This document shows positions 28,610 through 44,748 of a DNA stretch of 64,000 nucleotides, one piece after another; within the stretch, counting starts at the first letter, position 1; every line of letters starts with the position of its first letter. This DNA comes from the human T2T-CHM13v2.0 reference genome, Homo sapiens. The notes beneath the pieces were generated by a model. It did no database searches. It worked only from the letters and a program-made list of their open reading frames with translations, and was not told where the DNA came from. The stretch is from assembly GCF_009914755.1 (NCBI RefSeq), contig NC_060947.1; one strand, 5' to 3'. Made by a program: the position numbers and the translations under genes.

Positions 28610-30190
28610 GCCCGGAAGCTAGGCTACCAAGGCGCGACGCTGTTTACACCCCAGACCCAGGTTCTCAGCTCGGCTTTGCTTGGGAAAGGCTCGGAACCTG
28701 TCTGGGCCTGGGGGTTTAGCACAGAAGGCTTTGGTTAGCTGCACTGTGCTGAGCGCAGCTCTGCAGCGAGGTTTAGGGAGCTGCGGTGCGTTAGGCACAA
28801 GGCACGTGGCGCGCCTCGCTCCAGCACTTTGCAAACGCACAGCAGCGCAGGGCCAGAGCGGCTGGCCCCCAGGGGTGGGGGCGACCAGGGACAGGAGGTC
28901 CCATATGGTGTCGTCGCGTTAAAAACGTAGGTCCTAAGGGGCGAGCCGCGTCCGACCTCCGCGCCCCTGCCCGACGCGGCGCCTCGCTCGCCGGCCCCGC
29001 TCGCTGGATTCATTTCCATCTGGAGCGCGGCGCGTCCCAACCGCCCTTATCTCGCCGCCGCCGCGGCTCTGCAGGCGCGGGCGCCCCGGGCTCCCTCCCT
29101 TCCTCTCCCCTCCCCCGCCCGCGCCTTTGTCTGGCCCGGCGGCGCGCTCGGAGCCAGCAGGGCGGGTAATTGGCGGCCGGAGGAGGCGAACGGCCCGGCC
29201 CGGCCTCCGCTAATGAGCGGGCGGAGCCGCGGGGAGGGCGCGGCAGGGCTCCGGCGCGGAGCCGGGGAGGGAGCTTCCGTGGCCGCGCGGACCCCGGGAT
29301 GGCTCTCCGAGTCCCGGCCGCCCCCTCCCGGGCTGTGGCGGGGACCGGCGCCCTGAGGGGCATCCCTTCCTCCTCCCCTCTCCCTCCCCTATCCCGTCCC
29401 CGGCGCGCTCCAATTACCCTGCGGCCGTGCCAAGGCCTGCGGCTGCCCCCGGGCCGCCCCCGCGTCCCCGGAGAAATGCCAGGGACAGAACGCGCGGGCA
29501 GGAGGGCAGAAGGAGGCGGCTCCCTGGGGGCTTCGCTGGGCTGCAGGGGACCCAGGCGACCCTGGGGCACGGCCACCGTTGTTGTGGTGGGGGGGCACCC
29601 CCGGGGTCCGATGCCAGAGAGCTCTCTTAGGGAAGCCCTCAGGCAGCTGCGAAACCTGCTCCAGCATAGATGGTGATAAAACCCACCCTGGTTTCTAAAT
29701 TAATTATACTCAATCCGCCTCGCTCTGCCGGCCCCGAGCTACACTTGTGTATCGAAGGGCGCGGTAGCCCCTCGGTGGGGGTGGAGGGGATGCTCTGTTG
29801 TTGGCTCCGAGAAACCCCCTTTCCAGGACTGTGTGCGGGAAGTGACAGAGGCCAGCGGAGCTTTAAGGAAAATAGGGGCAGGAATAGGGGACAGAGGGAA
29901 GCCTTTCTCCAGCCAGTACCCCCGTCGACTCCCCCTCCTGGAAGCCCGCCCTGCTGCCATCACTGGCCCGAGGACCCCGGCTCCAGGAGCGGGTCCCGCT
30001 TCCTGCGGTGCAGTACTCAATTGTCAGGATTTCTACAACAAACTGGCCCTTGTGCCTCCATGCTCAACTTTCGCTTATCTCCATTGAGCCCGGCTCCGTC
30101 TCCATTCCCGCCGGTGCTTTGTTCCCTAGCTGCGTTCTGGGTTCTTGAAGTCACTAATGCTTAGCATTAACAGGATCCTTCGTGGCCGCC
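28610..30190. promoter_or_regulatory. CpG island (promoter- or enhancer-like, no recognisable coding exon)
   Basis: Very high GC and CpG density, core ~28730-29610; GC box CCCCGCCC ~29113, E-box CACGTG 28803, ETS-like GGAAGTG ~29838, TAAT cores at 29167, 29211 and 29411. Confidence 0.92.
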
Positions 30191-30517
30191 CTTTCAATCG
30201 TGGCTTCTCAGACTTGGGAGCTGAGGTTCTGCCTGTGGAAGGAAGGGCCCACACCTCAGGGACTTGGGGGTCCATGGGGGAGCCCCACACTGGCCCCAGC
30301 ACAGCCTTAGGGTATCACAAGCAGCCTAGGACAGCCCCAGAGAGGGAGTGTCCCAGTGGCTTCCAGGGTCACTTGACTTAATAGGGACTACCACATCTTA
30401 AGGGAAAAAAGGTCATTTTTCTTTCAAAGAGTCCCCAGCTAGAACCTTTCCCTTTCCTGCCCAGCTCCCACCACAGTGGCCACCTGGGAGCAGCCCACCC
30501 ACAGAGAGCTTTTCCCC

Positions 30518-31110
30518 CTTTTTATTTACTTTTTTATTGAGGTATATACTTACATATTAAGTGTAACTGCACATATTAAGTGCACTGCTTGATTCATTTG
30601 CGCATATGTATATATCTGCATCATCATCACCCAGGTTAAATATGGAACATTGCCAGCAGCCCAAAAGGTTTCTGCTTATCTCAATCAGTCAACATCTCCC
30701 AACTCTTCTGATCTCCGTCACCATAAATCAGTTTTGCCTATTTTTATAAACGAAATGATGCAGCCTGCGCTCGTCGGTGTTTGGCTTCTTTCACTCAATG
30801 TCAGTTGCATCCATGCTATTGCATAAAACAGTAGTTCATCCTTTTTAATTACCGAGTGGTATTCCATTGTAGAATTATACGGCAATTTATGTATCCACTT
30901 GACTTTTGATGGACATCTGGATTGCCTCCAACTTGGGGCTGTTATGAATGAAGTGGTTATGAGCGTTGTTCTTTATTATATGTCTTTTGGTGGATACAAG
31001 GGCCTATTCTTGTTGGGTATACACACCCAGGAGTGGAATCGCTAGGTCATAAGGTAGGTATATGTTTAACTTTATTGCCAAAGAGTTTTCCAAAGTAGTT
31101 GTACCCAGTT
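30518..31110 (-). mobile_element. L1ME-like 3' end
   Basis: TTTTATTGAGGTATA...GATGGACATCTGGATTG...GGAGTGGAATCGCTAGGTCATAAGGTAGG. Confidence 0.85.
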
Positions 31111-31169
31111 AGCCTTTAAAGCTGCAATCAGGGCATAAGTGCTATTCAGAGAAATAAATTGCAGGCATA

Positions 31170-31500
31170 GCATAATAATGACGGCAGACATATGTTGAGC
31201 ACTTAGAATGTGCTAGGCACTGGTCTAAAGGATTTGCATGTAATTAACACTTACGTGCGTTTCTATGCAAACTTTCTCACAGTGCCTAGTTTTGTCTTAG
31301 AATGTGCACAAGATCTCAGGGGCTGATCAGCACTGATCTTTGTATTGCCTGCCCCAATTAGGACCCATATACAATACTCTGTTGAATGAATCGGCTCCAT
31401 TTTACAGATGAGAAAACCAAGGTACAGGAAAGTGGTGACTTGCTGGAGATTTGGGGGCTAGTAATGGGCAGGGCCAAGTCTGCAACTCAGGTCTCCAGGC
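31170..31500 (-). mobile_element. MIR fragments with an L2-like piece between them
   Basis: TTGAGCACTTAGAATGTGCTAGGCACT; CCATTTTACAGATGAGAAAACCAAGG. Confidence 0.65.
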
Positions 31501-31631
31501 TCATGACATTGCTGGCATTCTTATTAATGTAAGCCTGACTCCACTTGAAGCCTCCTTTGATTTCTTCCCTCTTATACCCCCGGTTGGCACTCTCAGCACT
31601 CCAGAGCTCCAATCTTTTGAGGCCCTTGGCT

Positions 31632-32172
31632 TTCATTATCTCTTCTTGTGTAATAAACCATCCGAAGACTTAATGACTTAAAACAATTCTTATTATCTCT
31701 TGGGTTCTGTGAATTTAGTGGACTCAGCTGGATGGTTCTTACTTGGGGTCTCTCAGGCAGCTGCAGCTGCAGTCATCTGCAGGCTGGACTGGGCTGGGTG
31801 TCCAAGACGGTGCATGCACGTGGCTGGTGGATGATTCTGGCTGTTGACCGGTAGCTCAGCTGGGGCTGAAAACTGGAGCACCTTCATGTGGCTTGGGCTT
31901 CTCACAGCATGGTGGTGGATTCTGAGAGGATGTGTCCCTGTCCCAAAATCAAGAGTTTCGAGAGGCAGGAAGAGGAAGCCACCAGGCCAATTAAGGGCTA
32001 CACCAGGAACAAGTATAGATTCATTTCCATCATACTCCATTGGTCAAAAGAGTCACAGGGCCTCACCAGATTCAAAGGAGTGAAGACAGACTTGATGGAT
32101 GAGTGGCAGGTCACATTGCAGAAGACCATGTGAGAAGGCAGCTATATTTATAGCCATCTTTGTAAAGTATAC
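31632..32172 (-). mobile_element. MLT1 (F/G/H-like) LTR
   Basis: TGTGTAATAAACCATCC...GACTCAGCTGGATGGTTCT...CCATTGGTCAAAAGAGTCAC. Confidence 0.82.
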
Positions 32173-32624
32173 ACCTTCCTTGCCCACATTTCTTGCTCCC
32201 AGTTGTAGGTCCAAGAGGGCCAAAAACATCCTTCCACGTCTTCGGTTTTTGAAGACACAGGGTTCCAAGGATTCCTTCCATTTCAGATCAAAACCACCAC
32301 ACTGAGTCTTCTCAACATGAGACCCTTGGCATGCCCCAACTGGACTCACCCTGTACTGTGTCCTGAGCCAGCTCACCATTCCTCCCTGGGTCCCTCCCCA
32401 CACACATCAGTTCCTCTTCAAGCTCTGGTCACTGTCACCACTCTAGGATGTGAAACCTTAACCTTGCCCATCATGGTCCTCCAGCCCCAGCTGTCACTAT
32501 CCAAGCCTTCACCCTCTAACAATCATCTCAGATAAATACAGACCCCTCTCAGGGCCCTGAGCAAACTAGGATTTTCCTGTAACTACCTAAGGTGTTTAGG
32601 GAGGCAAACCTCTACCCCTACACT

Positions 32625-32830
32625 GCATTGGAAAGAACAGAGACTTTCTAGTTAGAAGACTTGAGTTTGAATCCTTGTTCTATTGCTAACTGGCTGTGTG
32701 GTCGGGCAACAGATCAAACCTCTCCATGACTTGATGCCCACATCTGCAGAATGGACATAATTATTGGACCCACCTCATAGGGCTGTTGTGAGCATTAAAG
32801 GCAGTAACCCATAAACATCTGGCATAGTGC
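32625..32830 (+). mobile_element. MIR
   Basis: GAGTTTGAATCC...CTGTGTGG...CCACCTCATAGGGCTGTTGTGAG. Confidence 0.78.
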
Positions 32831-34149
32831 AATGGAAAGAATAGACACTCCCAGAACCAAGTCTTCTTTTCCCAGACTCCAAAGCCACTTTTTGAAAGTG
32901 AACTTTTTCATATGATTAGTTTTTATATGTGATGAATTTTCGCAAGCAAACCACACAACCCACACCCAGATCAAGAAACAGAACATGACCAGCACCTAGA
33001 AGTCCCTGCCCCCTTGCAGTTCTACCCATCCCCAAGATGATCCAGACCTCTAACACCCGAGATTAATACCTGGCCACATTTGTGGCAGCCACTTCCCCTG
33101 CACAATTGGCAAACAAGATAGTCATCTATCTGGTGTGATTTGGAAGGAGCCAGAAAATCCAGCTCCCACTGTGCCTACATTTCCTCCATGATTGAGGCAT
33201 TCCATTGTGTTAAGCATTGCTCCCCACCCACGGTTCTCTTTGAAGATGCAAATCCATCTGTGTTGGGGTAACAGCAATTCCCTAGTCTCGTAGAAAAAAA
33301 ATATCTGGTCAACTTTTCACGCCAGCTCCCAGCACAGCTGAACCTTATTCACCATCAAAGAGGCAGAAAACAGACAAGCACAGAAGAAGGAAGACAGACT
33401 TTACCTGCTTCATGATTTGGCCCAAGGCTCATTAAGACTTTTAGCATATTTTTTAATCTCGTGTTTAAGGGACTTAAGCCACCATCAAATAGAGCAATTT
33501 CATCAAGCCATCCACTATACAGAAAAGAAGCAGGTGGTGATAAAAATGAATCTGGTGGGAAGGGTGGGGGGTGTGGACTGAGAGAGAGTGCCCGTCCCTG
33601 TTTTCATAACACACCTTTCTAAGTCAGGCCCAGGAGAGTTTCTGGCGCTATGACGTCATCAGATGTCAGGCCTTTGACAAATGAGGCCGGCCCGCAGCTG
33701 GAGCCTTTGATAAGCCATTTGCAGGCGTCTGGGAGACATACACGCTGGTCTTGGGAATGCATCCTAGCCCCATCTCAAATTCACATCTTTTCATGTTTTT
33801 TTTTTAAAAGCATGCCATGCATCTGTGAAGATTCATGGCTTAAAATATTTTTTCTTTTCTCTGACATTTCACCTTTTCTTCTTATTTTATTTTTTTTAAG
33901 GAAAAGAAAATATTCACTCCAAGGTTCATTTAGTTTCTGGGTAATAACTGTCAGATACTAACGGATAGCCCCATACATCCAGCATAAAATAATAGAATTT
34001 GTTGAGTGCCTTAGACATCCAATAATGGGTATGGTGGACAGTGTAGAGCTGAAGAAAGGTTTCTCTTGGTAAAAGAGAATGCATGCTATGGAAAACAAGA
34101 CATAAAAGACGTTTATCAAAATGCCCTCCTGCACCTTCCTGCATTTGCA

Positions 34150-34450
34150 TACACAAGTCCCCCTACCTAGAATTTTTTTTTTAACTTTCCCAGGCACCTC
34201 CTTTTCAGCCTGCAAGACTCAAATCAGCCACATCTCTTCCAGGAAGCATCCCCTTGCCTGTCTTCTGGACTCCCCCTCATCACACCCTGTCCCCATAGCA
34301 TCCTGGGCTTGCTTCTGCCAAAGCACCCGTCATATTCCATTGTAGCCATCAAATGTATTATTGTCTTCTGCAAACTGCTAGCTCCTTGAAGACAGGGCTG
34401 GTGTCTTCTACACCTGCAATCTGAGCCCCTAACACTGTATGAGACTCAAT
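34150..34450 (+). mobile_element. L2 remnant
   Basis: AAGACTCAAATCAG...TTCCAGGAAGCATCCC...AGCTCCTTGAAGACAGGG. Confidence 0.65.
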
Positions 34451-35059
34451 CCAGCAGATGCTGTTGGTGCCAACCTGTGGCCCCCAGCCTTTACCACTTC
34501 AGTGCAAATCTCTCCAATTGCAACAGGCAGCATCTCCATCTTTGCCTGAGTGTTTCCTCTGGCTTCCAGAGCCCACTTTGCTGTTCCTGTGGAAGGCTGG
34601 AAATGCTAGAAAATGAATGCCCTTCCTAACAGCCCTCCAACAATGTCTGAAGGAAGTGGGCATACCCCTGTGCCTCCCTCCCTGGAGGGCAAAACTGAGG
34701 CTCATGTTTGACATTGTCTTCAAAATTCCTCAAGTGGTATTAAACTCCATTTTCCCTCATGGTAGTAAGCTTGATAACACACTCTTTGTTGCCTGCCTTT
34801 CTTTTCTTCCCTGTCTCACTTGCCCGCTCACTCCCCTATCAGTGTTTCCTGGGATCATCTCCCAAATAAACTACAGTACAGGTGGACCTCGGAGATATTG
34901 TGGGTTTGGTTCCAGACCACTGCAATAAAGTGAATATTGCAATAAAGCGAGTCACACAAATTTTTTGGTTTCCCAATGCATATAAAAGTTATGTTTACAT
35001 TATAGTGTAGTTCATTAAGTGTGCGTTGCATTATGTGCAATGTACGTAGCTTACTTTAC

Positions 35060-35228
35060 GGCCAGGCATGGTGGCTTATGCCTGTAATCCCAGCACTTTG
35101 GGAGGCCAAGGCTGGAGGATGCCTTTAGCTCAGGAGTTACAGTGTGCTATGATTGCATCACTGTACTCCAGCCTGGGAGACAGACTGAAACCCTGCCTCA
35201 AAATAAAATAGAATAAAATAAAATAAAA
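35060..35228 (+). mobile_element. Alu monomer or internally deleted Alu inside Tigger1
   Basis: Left-arm start fused to right-arm end; (AAAAT)n tail. Confidence 0.85.
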
Positions 35229-35394
35229 CCTTAATTAAAAAATGCTAAATACCTTATTGCTAAAAATGCTAATGACCATCTGAGCCCTCAGTGAGTCATA
35301 ATGTTTTTGCTGGTGGAGGGTCTTTCCCTGATGTTGATGGCTGCTGAGGGATCAGGATGGTGGTTGCTGAAGGTTGGGGTGGCTGTGAAAATTT

Positions 35395-37339
<1,945 letters not shown>

Positions 37340-38749
37340 TGTAGGGATATTAATTGGACCAATTTCAATATTGTTGTATCTCAGGGAATAGGGAGACCCA
37401 AGGAGAGGGAGAGAGATGGGATGGCCAGTTGGTGAAGCAGTAGGAATACATACAACATTTGTCGATTAAGTTTGCTATCTTATGTGGTCACAGTTCATGG
37501 TGCCCCAATACATTTATAATAGTAACATCAAAGATCACTGATCACAGATCACCATAACAGATTTAATAATAATAAAAACGTCTGAAATATTGTGAGAATT
37601 ACCAAAATGTGACACAGAGACACAAAATGAGTATATGCTGTTGGAAAAATGGCATTGATAGACTTGCTCAGTGCAGGATTGCCACAAACCTTCAATTTGT
37701 TTAAAAAAATGCATTATCTATTAAGTGCAATAAAGTGAAGTACAATAAAACAAGGTATACTTGTACCTGCATTTAAATCCTTGTCTCAGGGTCAGCTTCT
37801 GGAGAAGCCAAACTTTCACAGAACCACATAATAGATGCTCAACAAATGATTTTTGAAGGAATGAATGAATGATGGTTTATTATAGCACAAATACCAAAAA
37901 GAACTCTGTAGGGCTGGATTTTCTGTAGGGTCTGTATTATCCATTTTAAGTGACCACATTGAGTCAAAACAAAGTCTACTTGGAAAGCTTACTTCACTTT
38001 GGGCAAAGCAGACAAAACCAAGTGCCAAGGAACTTGGAAGATTGCATCATATGGCATTGAGGTAGATAGTTGTACCCAACTTAAACATTAGAGCACAGGG
38101 GAAGCCTTGTCAATTTGGTTTTGATTTGGGGCTGCTGGCCACACTGGTTTCCCCTATTCCCTCTTCTGTAATCAATCATGATGCAGCTTCAACTGGGCTT
38201 TGGGTTCTGTTTAAGTAAGAAGCTGGCAGCCTGTGTGTGTGTGTGCACACGCGCGTGCTGTCCTTTTCCCCAGGGAAATATCAGCAGCTGAGAGTCTGTG
38301 CTCACTGTGTCTCTCAGCTCCTTTAGCAAACACAAGGGGCTGGAAAATAAGGAAACTAGGGAAGGTGTTGTCAATAGTACACAGTCTGATTTTACTGATT
38401 GCCTTTCCTCCAATGATCCGCTGTCCATGAGACTCTAGCTTGGTTCTAAGAGACCATTTCCCACCCAGGCTGATGTTTCTGCCACCTATATGATCCAGGG
38501 GGGCCCTTTCTGGAGGTACTTGAGCTTATTGGAGACAAAGCTGACCACTGACGTTCCTTCTATTTGGAAAATTCTTTGAAATTTTTAGTCTACATTTTCA
38601 ATAATCTAAGATGATTTGCCATCCTCATCTTGCTGTGTTTCCCAACAGGATTTCAGAATTGAGATTTTCTTCTTTAGTCCCTTTTATAGGCAAAAGAGAC
38701 TGGAATATCCAATTGGCCCACATGTAGGAAAAGGAACCCAACAAAAATA

Positions 38750-38960
38750 GCTAATATTTACTGAGTTTTATAATATGCAGAGAGCTCTGTGTCTATTATT
38801 TCCTTTAACCTTCACACAACCCATGGGGCATTATGATTATCTCCATCTGACAGATGAGGAAAGTGAAGCCCAGAGAGATAACAGAACTGACCTGGAGTTA
38901 TAGTTTAGTAAATGGCAGCTCAAAGGACATGCCAAGAGGCCGCATTCTTAACCATGACAC
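38750..38960 (-). mobile_element. MIR
   Basis: CAGATGAGGAAAGTGAAGCCCAGAGAG. Confidence 0.78.
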
Positions 38961-39298
38961 TCAACCCACTCAACATCTATTGAGCACTGATTATTGCTGG
39001 GGTTGTAATGTAAACATTACTTGCTTTTCTTGTTTAATCTTCTATTCAGTATGTTCTATTCAGTAGCATTTGTCTTCATTTGGGTTCCCCCTGTAGGGGT
39101 GGAAAGATGTGCTATATCTCTTCACCCATCTTAAGGGTCACAGCCCACACTCCTGTAACAAAAGACAGGTTAGCAAGAGAAAAGCATAACAGATTTATTT
39201 AATCAAAATTTTATGTAACATGGGAGCCTTTGGAAATGAAGACCCAAAGACCCAGGGAAAACTATTGTTCTGCTTAGGCTCCATGAATAATGGGGAGC

Positions 39299-40033
<735 letters not shown>

Positions 40034-41454
40034 GCAGCTGTGTAGAAATGTGATTGGACAAAAGGGTATGATTTAATGGTAATAGACTTAGGTGGGAATC
40101 CCAGCAAGGCCTGTTTGTTCCGTTTTTTCTTGGCCTCTCTGAGTAGCATTTCTTCCTCCTGAGCATGGGGCAGGACCCCTCTGGAATGAGGGCTTCAAGG
40201 GATAAGGGAGAGAGGAGTGACCTTTCTCGGTTTTATGGTTTGCTTTGGTGGAGAGGGGCTCTGGTTTCTATGACTGACTTCAAGGAAGACAGAGGGGCAG
40301 GGACAGGAAGGTAGGGTAAGGTCAGAGAGATCTTGCTTCTGAGGCCTTCCAATCTCCTGTAGTTCAAAGTACTGAGCAGGTCAAAGCACTATACTTTGGG
40401 GTATTGTGTTCTGAGCCCCCAAACCACAAAAGGAGACTGTGAAATTAGGATGTGAGGGCAAGTCAGTTATCTGGAGGAGATTCCAGAAGACACCAGTAGA
40501 GGAGTAGGGAGGTGAGGCAGGGAAGGGAAGGCAGTCACTAATGGGTGCGTTACCAAGAAACTTACTACCATGGGCAACTAGGGTTCAATCTTGCAGGCGA
40601 GCTTTGGGAGACACTGTGGAACATGTACCTCAATTACCCTTTTCAAGGGACAAGCAGGCTAGGGTAAGCATCTACCTATTCCCAGTTGTGGACTGGCTCC
40701 TTAGCCTGCTGCATGCAGGCAGAGTGGGCTCTGGTGCCTGAGGAAGCCAAGAGATGCAGATGCTAACAGTTAGAAGACAGTCCTACGTGCATTGAAGTAC
40801 AAGGGAGAAGGAAATATGGGCAAGGTGCCGATTGTGACTGCAATAGTGTTATTATCCTCATTGTACGGACGCAGAAACAGAAGCTTTATAATCTATGATA
40901 GGAATCTGGGTTACTATAGATGAAGGCCGTAGTAACCAGAAATCTTGAGATAGCAAGGACAGAAAGCACTGTTTCTGCCCTTAAAATATTCCTCACTTTA
41001 AACTAGATCAAGGGGACCCCCCCAACCCTAGCATTGCATTGTTGAGGGGCTACTGGGTCTCCTTGGTATACCCTGAGGAAGACAGAGGCAGCAGACAGTG
41101 CTAAGAGAAAAAATGGGAATAACAAAATTGAAAAGAGAGAGATTTTGTATGCTTGCTATGGTGTGACAAAGCCCTAAATAGAAGAAAATTCCAGACCGCA
41201 AGAGCAATGTTTTAAAATTATTTTGATTATTTAAACAACAACAGCATCAATAAACAACATCAATAAAATGCCCTGTGCTTAAAGAGCTATCTCCAGGTTT
41301 GAGATAGAAAATGACATGTAATCAAAATGACTCTCCAACAGAAAATTCCCTGCTTTCACACCATGTTCAGGGGCCACAAACCCACCTTTGCCCAAGCACA
41401 GGAAGGAGGAATTGTCTTGAATAAAAACCTTCTTTAGAACTGGCCTGACTCTGG

Positions 41455-41848
<394 letters not shown>

Positions 41849-41925
41849 CTACTAAGGAAATGGCTCTTGAACCATAAAATTCAAGTCATTTCTTTTATGC
41901 CTCTTAGCAGTGCCATATTGCCAAG

Positions 41926-42423
41926 TGTGATAGGCCGAATAATAGCCTCAAAGATGTCCGTGACCTAATCTCTGGAACCTGTGAATATGTTACCTTATAT
42001 GGAAGAAGAAACTTTGCAGATGTGGTTAGGTTAAGGACCTTGAGATGGGGAGAGTCTCCTGGCATTTTGGAGGTGTCCTCAATGTAATCACATGGCTCTT
42101 AGCTAAGGAAAAAGGGGAAGCAGAGGAGGAGGTCAGTGTGGTGCCATCTGGGAGGGATTTGACTGGCCATTGCTGGCTGCAAAGATGGAGAAAAGGGACC
42201 ACGAGCCAAGGAATGTGGGCATCCTCTAGAAAGTTGAAAAGGCAAGGAAACAGAGTCTTCTGTGGAGCTTCCAGAAGGGAACACAGTCTTGCTGGCCCCT
42301 TGATTTTGACCCATTGAGAACATTTCAGACTTCTCACCTCCAGAACCATAAGATCATAAGTTTGTGCTGTTTTAAGCCATTACATCTGTGGTGACTTTTT
42401 ACCACGGCAAAACAAAACCAACA
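41926..42423 (+). mobile_element. MLT1D LTR
   Basis: GGAACCTGTGAATATGTTACCTTA...TTTGCAGATGTG...AAGGACCTTGAGATGGG...TTTTAAGCCA. Confidence 0.88.
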
Positions 42424-42739
42424 CGCCAAGATACCCTAGGAGTCCCCAAGCCAGCAGGCTGCTCACGTCCACCGTGAGCACTGTCGGGATAGAGTGACAT
42501 CACAATTACCCCTTTGAGAAGTTCCAGGGAAAACTGCAGAGGATCCTGCTTGGAAGACGGACAACAGTAGTTCCCAGGAAATGTCAGGGAAGTCCCAGTC
42601 CCCATATCCACCTGGGAGCTAAACACCACAAAAATTAGCAAGCAGTTCCCCCTTCAGGGATTTACTACATTAAGCAAAAATTCTACTCCAGCTGTTTCTC
42701 CATATTCCGATGGCTGTAATTGCATCTAGAATCATAAAC

Positions 42740-43378
<639 letters not shown>

Positions 43379-43564
43379 TCACCTGGACAATCTTTAGCTG
43401 AAGGTTGGTCCCAGAACTCAAAGTCCGTCATGTCAGCAAAGGCCTCTGCATGCAGGTTCCAGCTCCACCACATTTCTCAGACCCCTGGCCGCAATCTTGA
43501 TGCCCCACTGCTTCAAAACCTCCGTTACTAGAAAGAAAAACTTGGGCAATACCCAAATACAGCG

Positions 43565-44270
43565 GATACTGCTGGTTGACTGCTCACCGGCCTCTCTTCC
43601 TTTCTTCCTTGCTAGCAGAAGCCTGGTTTTGCTGGCAGGCAGCAACTGAGCAGGAAAGGTAGGACTCTCCCCAAGCCTCAGAGGCCCATTGCTGTAATCC
43701 AGCAATGGGAATCCCAATCCTCTTTGCCAGCAATTGGGAAAGAAATGATCCCATGACCCAATTCCAAATAAGGAGTCATAATTGGAAGTCTGCTGGGCAT
43801 TTCAGAAAGAGAGTTTTTTCTCCTGATAGAAGAGAAAGCACTTCAAGCCAGGTGTGGTGGCACATGTCTGTAATCCCAGCTACTCAGTAGACTGGGGCAA
43901 GAGGATCACTAGAGCCCAGGAGTTCAAGACTAGCCTGGGCACAATAGCGCACCCTATTTTAAAAAGATAGAGAAAGAGAGAAAGCATTTCAAGAAGAATT
44001 TTTTCTACCCACTCTCTTCTTGCCTGCTTGGGACACTATTATGTGGGAACATAAAGCTTAGTGCTGTAACTGCCGTCTTATGTCCATAAGCTGACAGATT
44101 TAAAGGTTGAAAAAACATGCTAAAGATTGCAGAGCAGAAGGATGAAGAAGAGTAGCTCTTGATAAAAATCACCGGAGAGCTTGACCAACCTTGTAAACAC
44201 CTACCTGCAGGCTTCTTGGCGTGAAGATTAAATAAAAGTCTGTATTGCTTAGGCTACTGTTACATAGTTA
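43565..44270 (+). mobile_element. Old MLT1 (L/M/N-like) LTR with a FLAM inserted at ~43846-43975
   Basis: CTTCCTTGCTAGCAGAAGCC...CATGACCCAATTCC; FLAM TSD AGAGAAAGCAYTTCAA. Confidence 0.65.
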
Positions 44271-44345
44271 CTCTGTATGGCAGTTTTAAAACATGACCCA
44301 CCACCACCATGAACAGAAGAATGGATAAAGAAAATGTGATTTATA

Positions 44346-44748
44346 CAGTTCTCCTTTGGCATCTGTGAGGGATTGGTTCCAGGACTCCCACAGATACGAA
44401 AATCCACAGAAATTCAAGTCCCTTACATAAAATGGTGAAGTATTTGCATATAACCTACACATATCTCCCTATATACTTTGTGTCATTTCTAGATTATTTA
44501 TATTATATAATACAATGCCTACATGTCACTTTATTTGTGTGGATTCAACATATTAAGTTGGTGCAAAAGTAATTGTGGTAATGGCAAAAACCACAGTTAC
44601 TTTTGCACCAACTTAATAGCACATGGCAAATTTGAGTTTTGTGTTTTGGAACTGTTTGGAATTTCTTTTTCCAAACATTTCTAAATATTTCAATTTGCAG
44701 TTGGTTGAATCCAAGGGTGTGGAACCCATGGACATGGAAGCCCAACTG
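44346..44748. mobile_element. MER2 (Tigger-family MITE)
   Basis: GGGATTGGTTCCAGGAC...GTATTTGCATATAACCTAC...TTGGTTGAATCC...CCCAACTG; TA target. Confidence 0.88.
44553..44616. mobile_element. MADE1 (Hsmar1 MITE), internally deleted palindrome
   Basis: TTAAGTTGGTGCAAAAGTAATTG...TTACTTTTGCACCAACTTAA with TA TSDs. Confidence 0.95.

Noticed and set aside
28860-29170. CTCF-like motifs in the island
   Set aside because: Candidate matches deviate at core positions and are expected by chance in GC-rich DNA
28735-30164. Overlapping 100-190 aa ORFs on both strands in the CpG island
   Set aside because: Pro/Arg/Gly/Ala-rich translations expected from stop-codon scarcity in GC-rich DNA; no recognisable domain; most start at non-ATG codons
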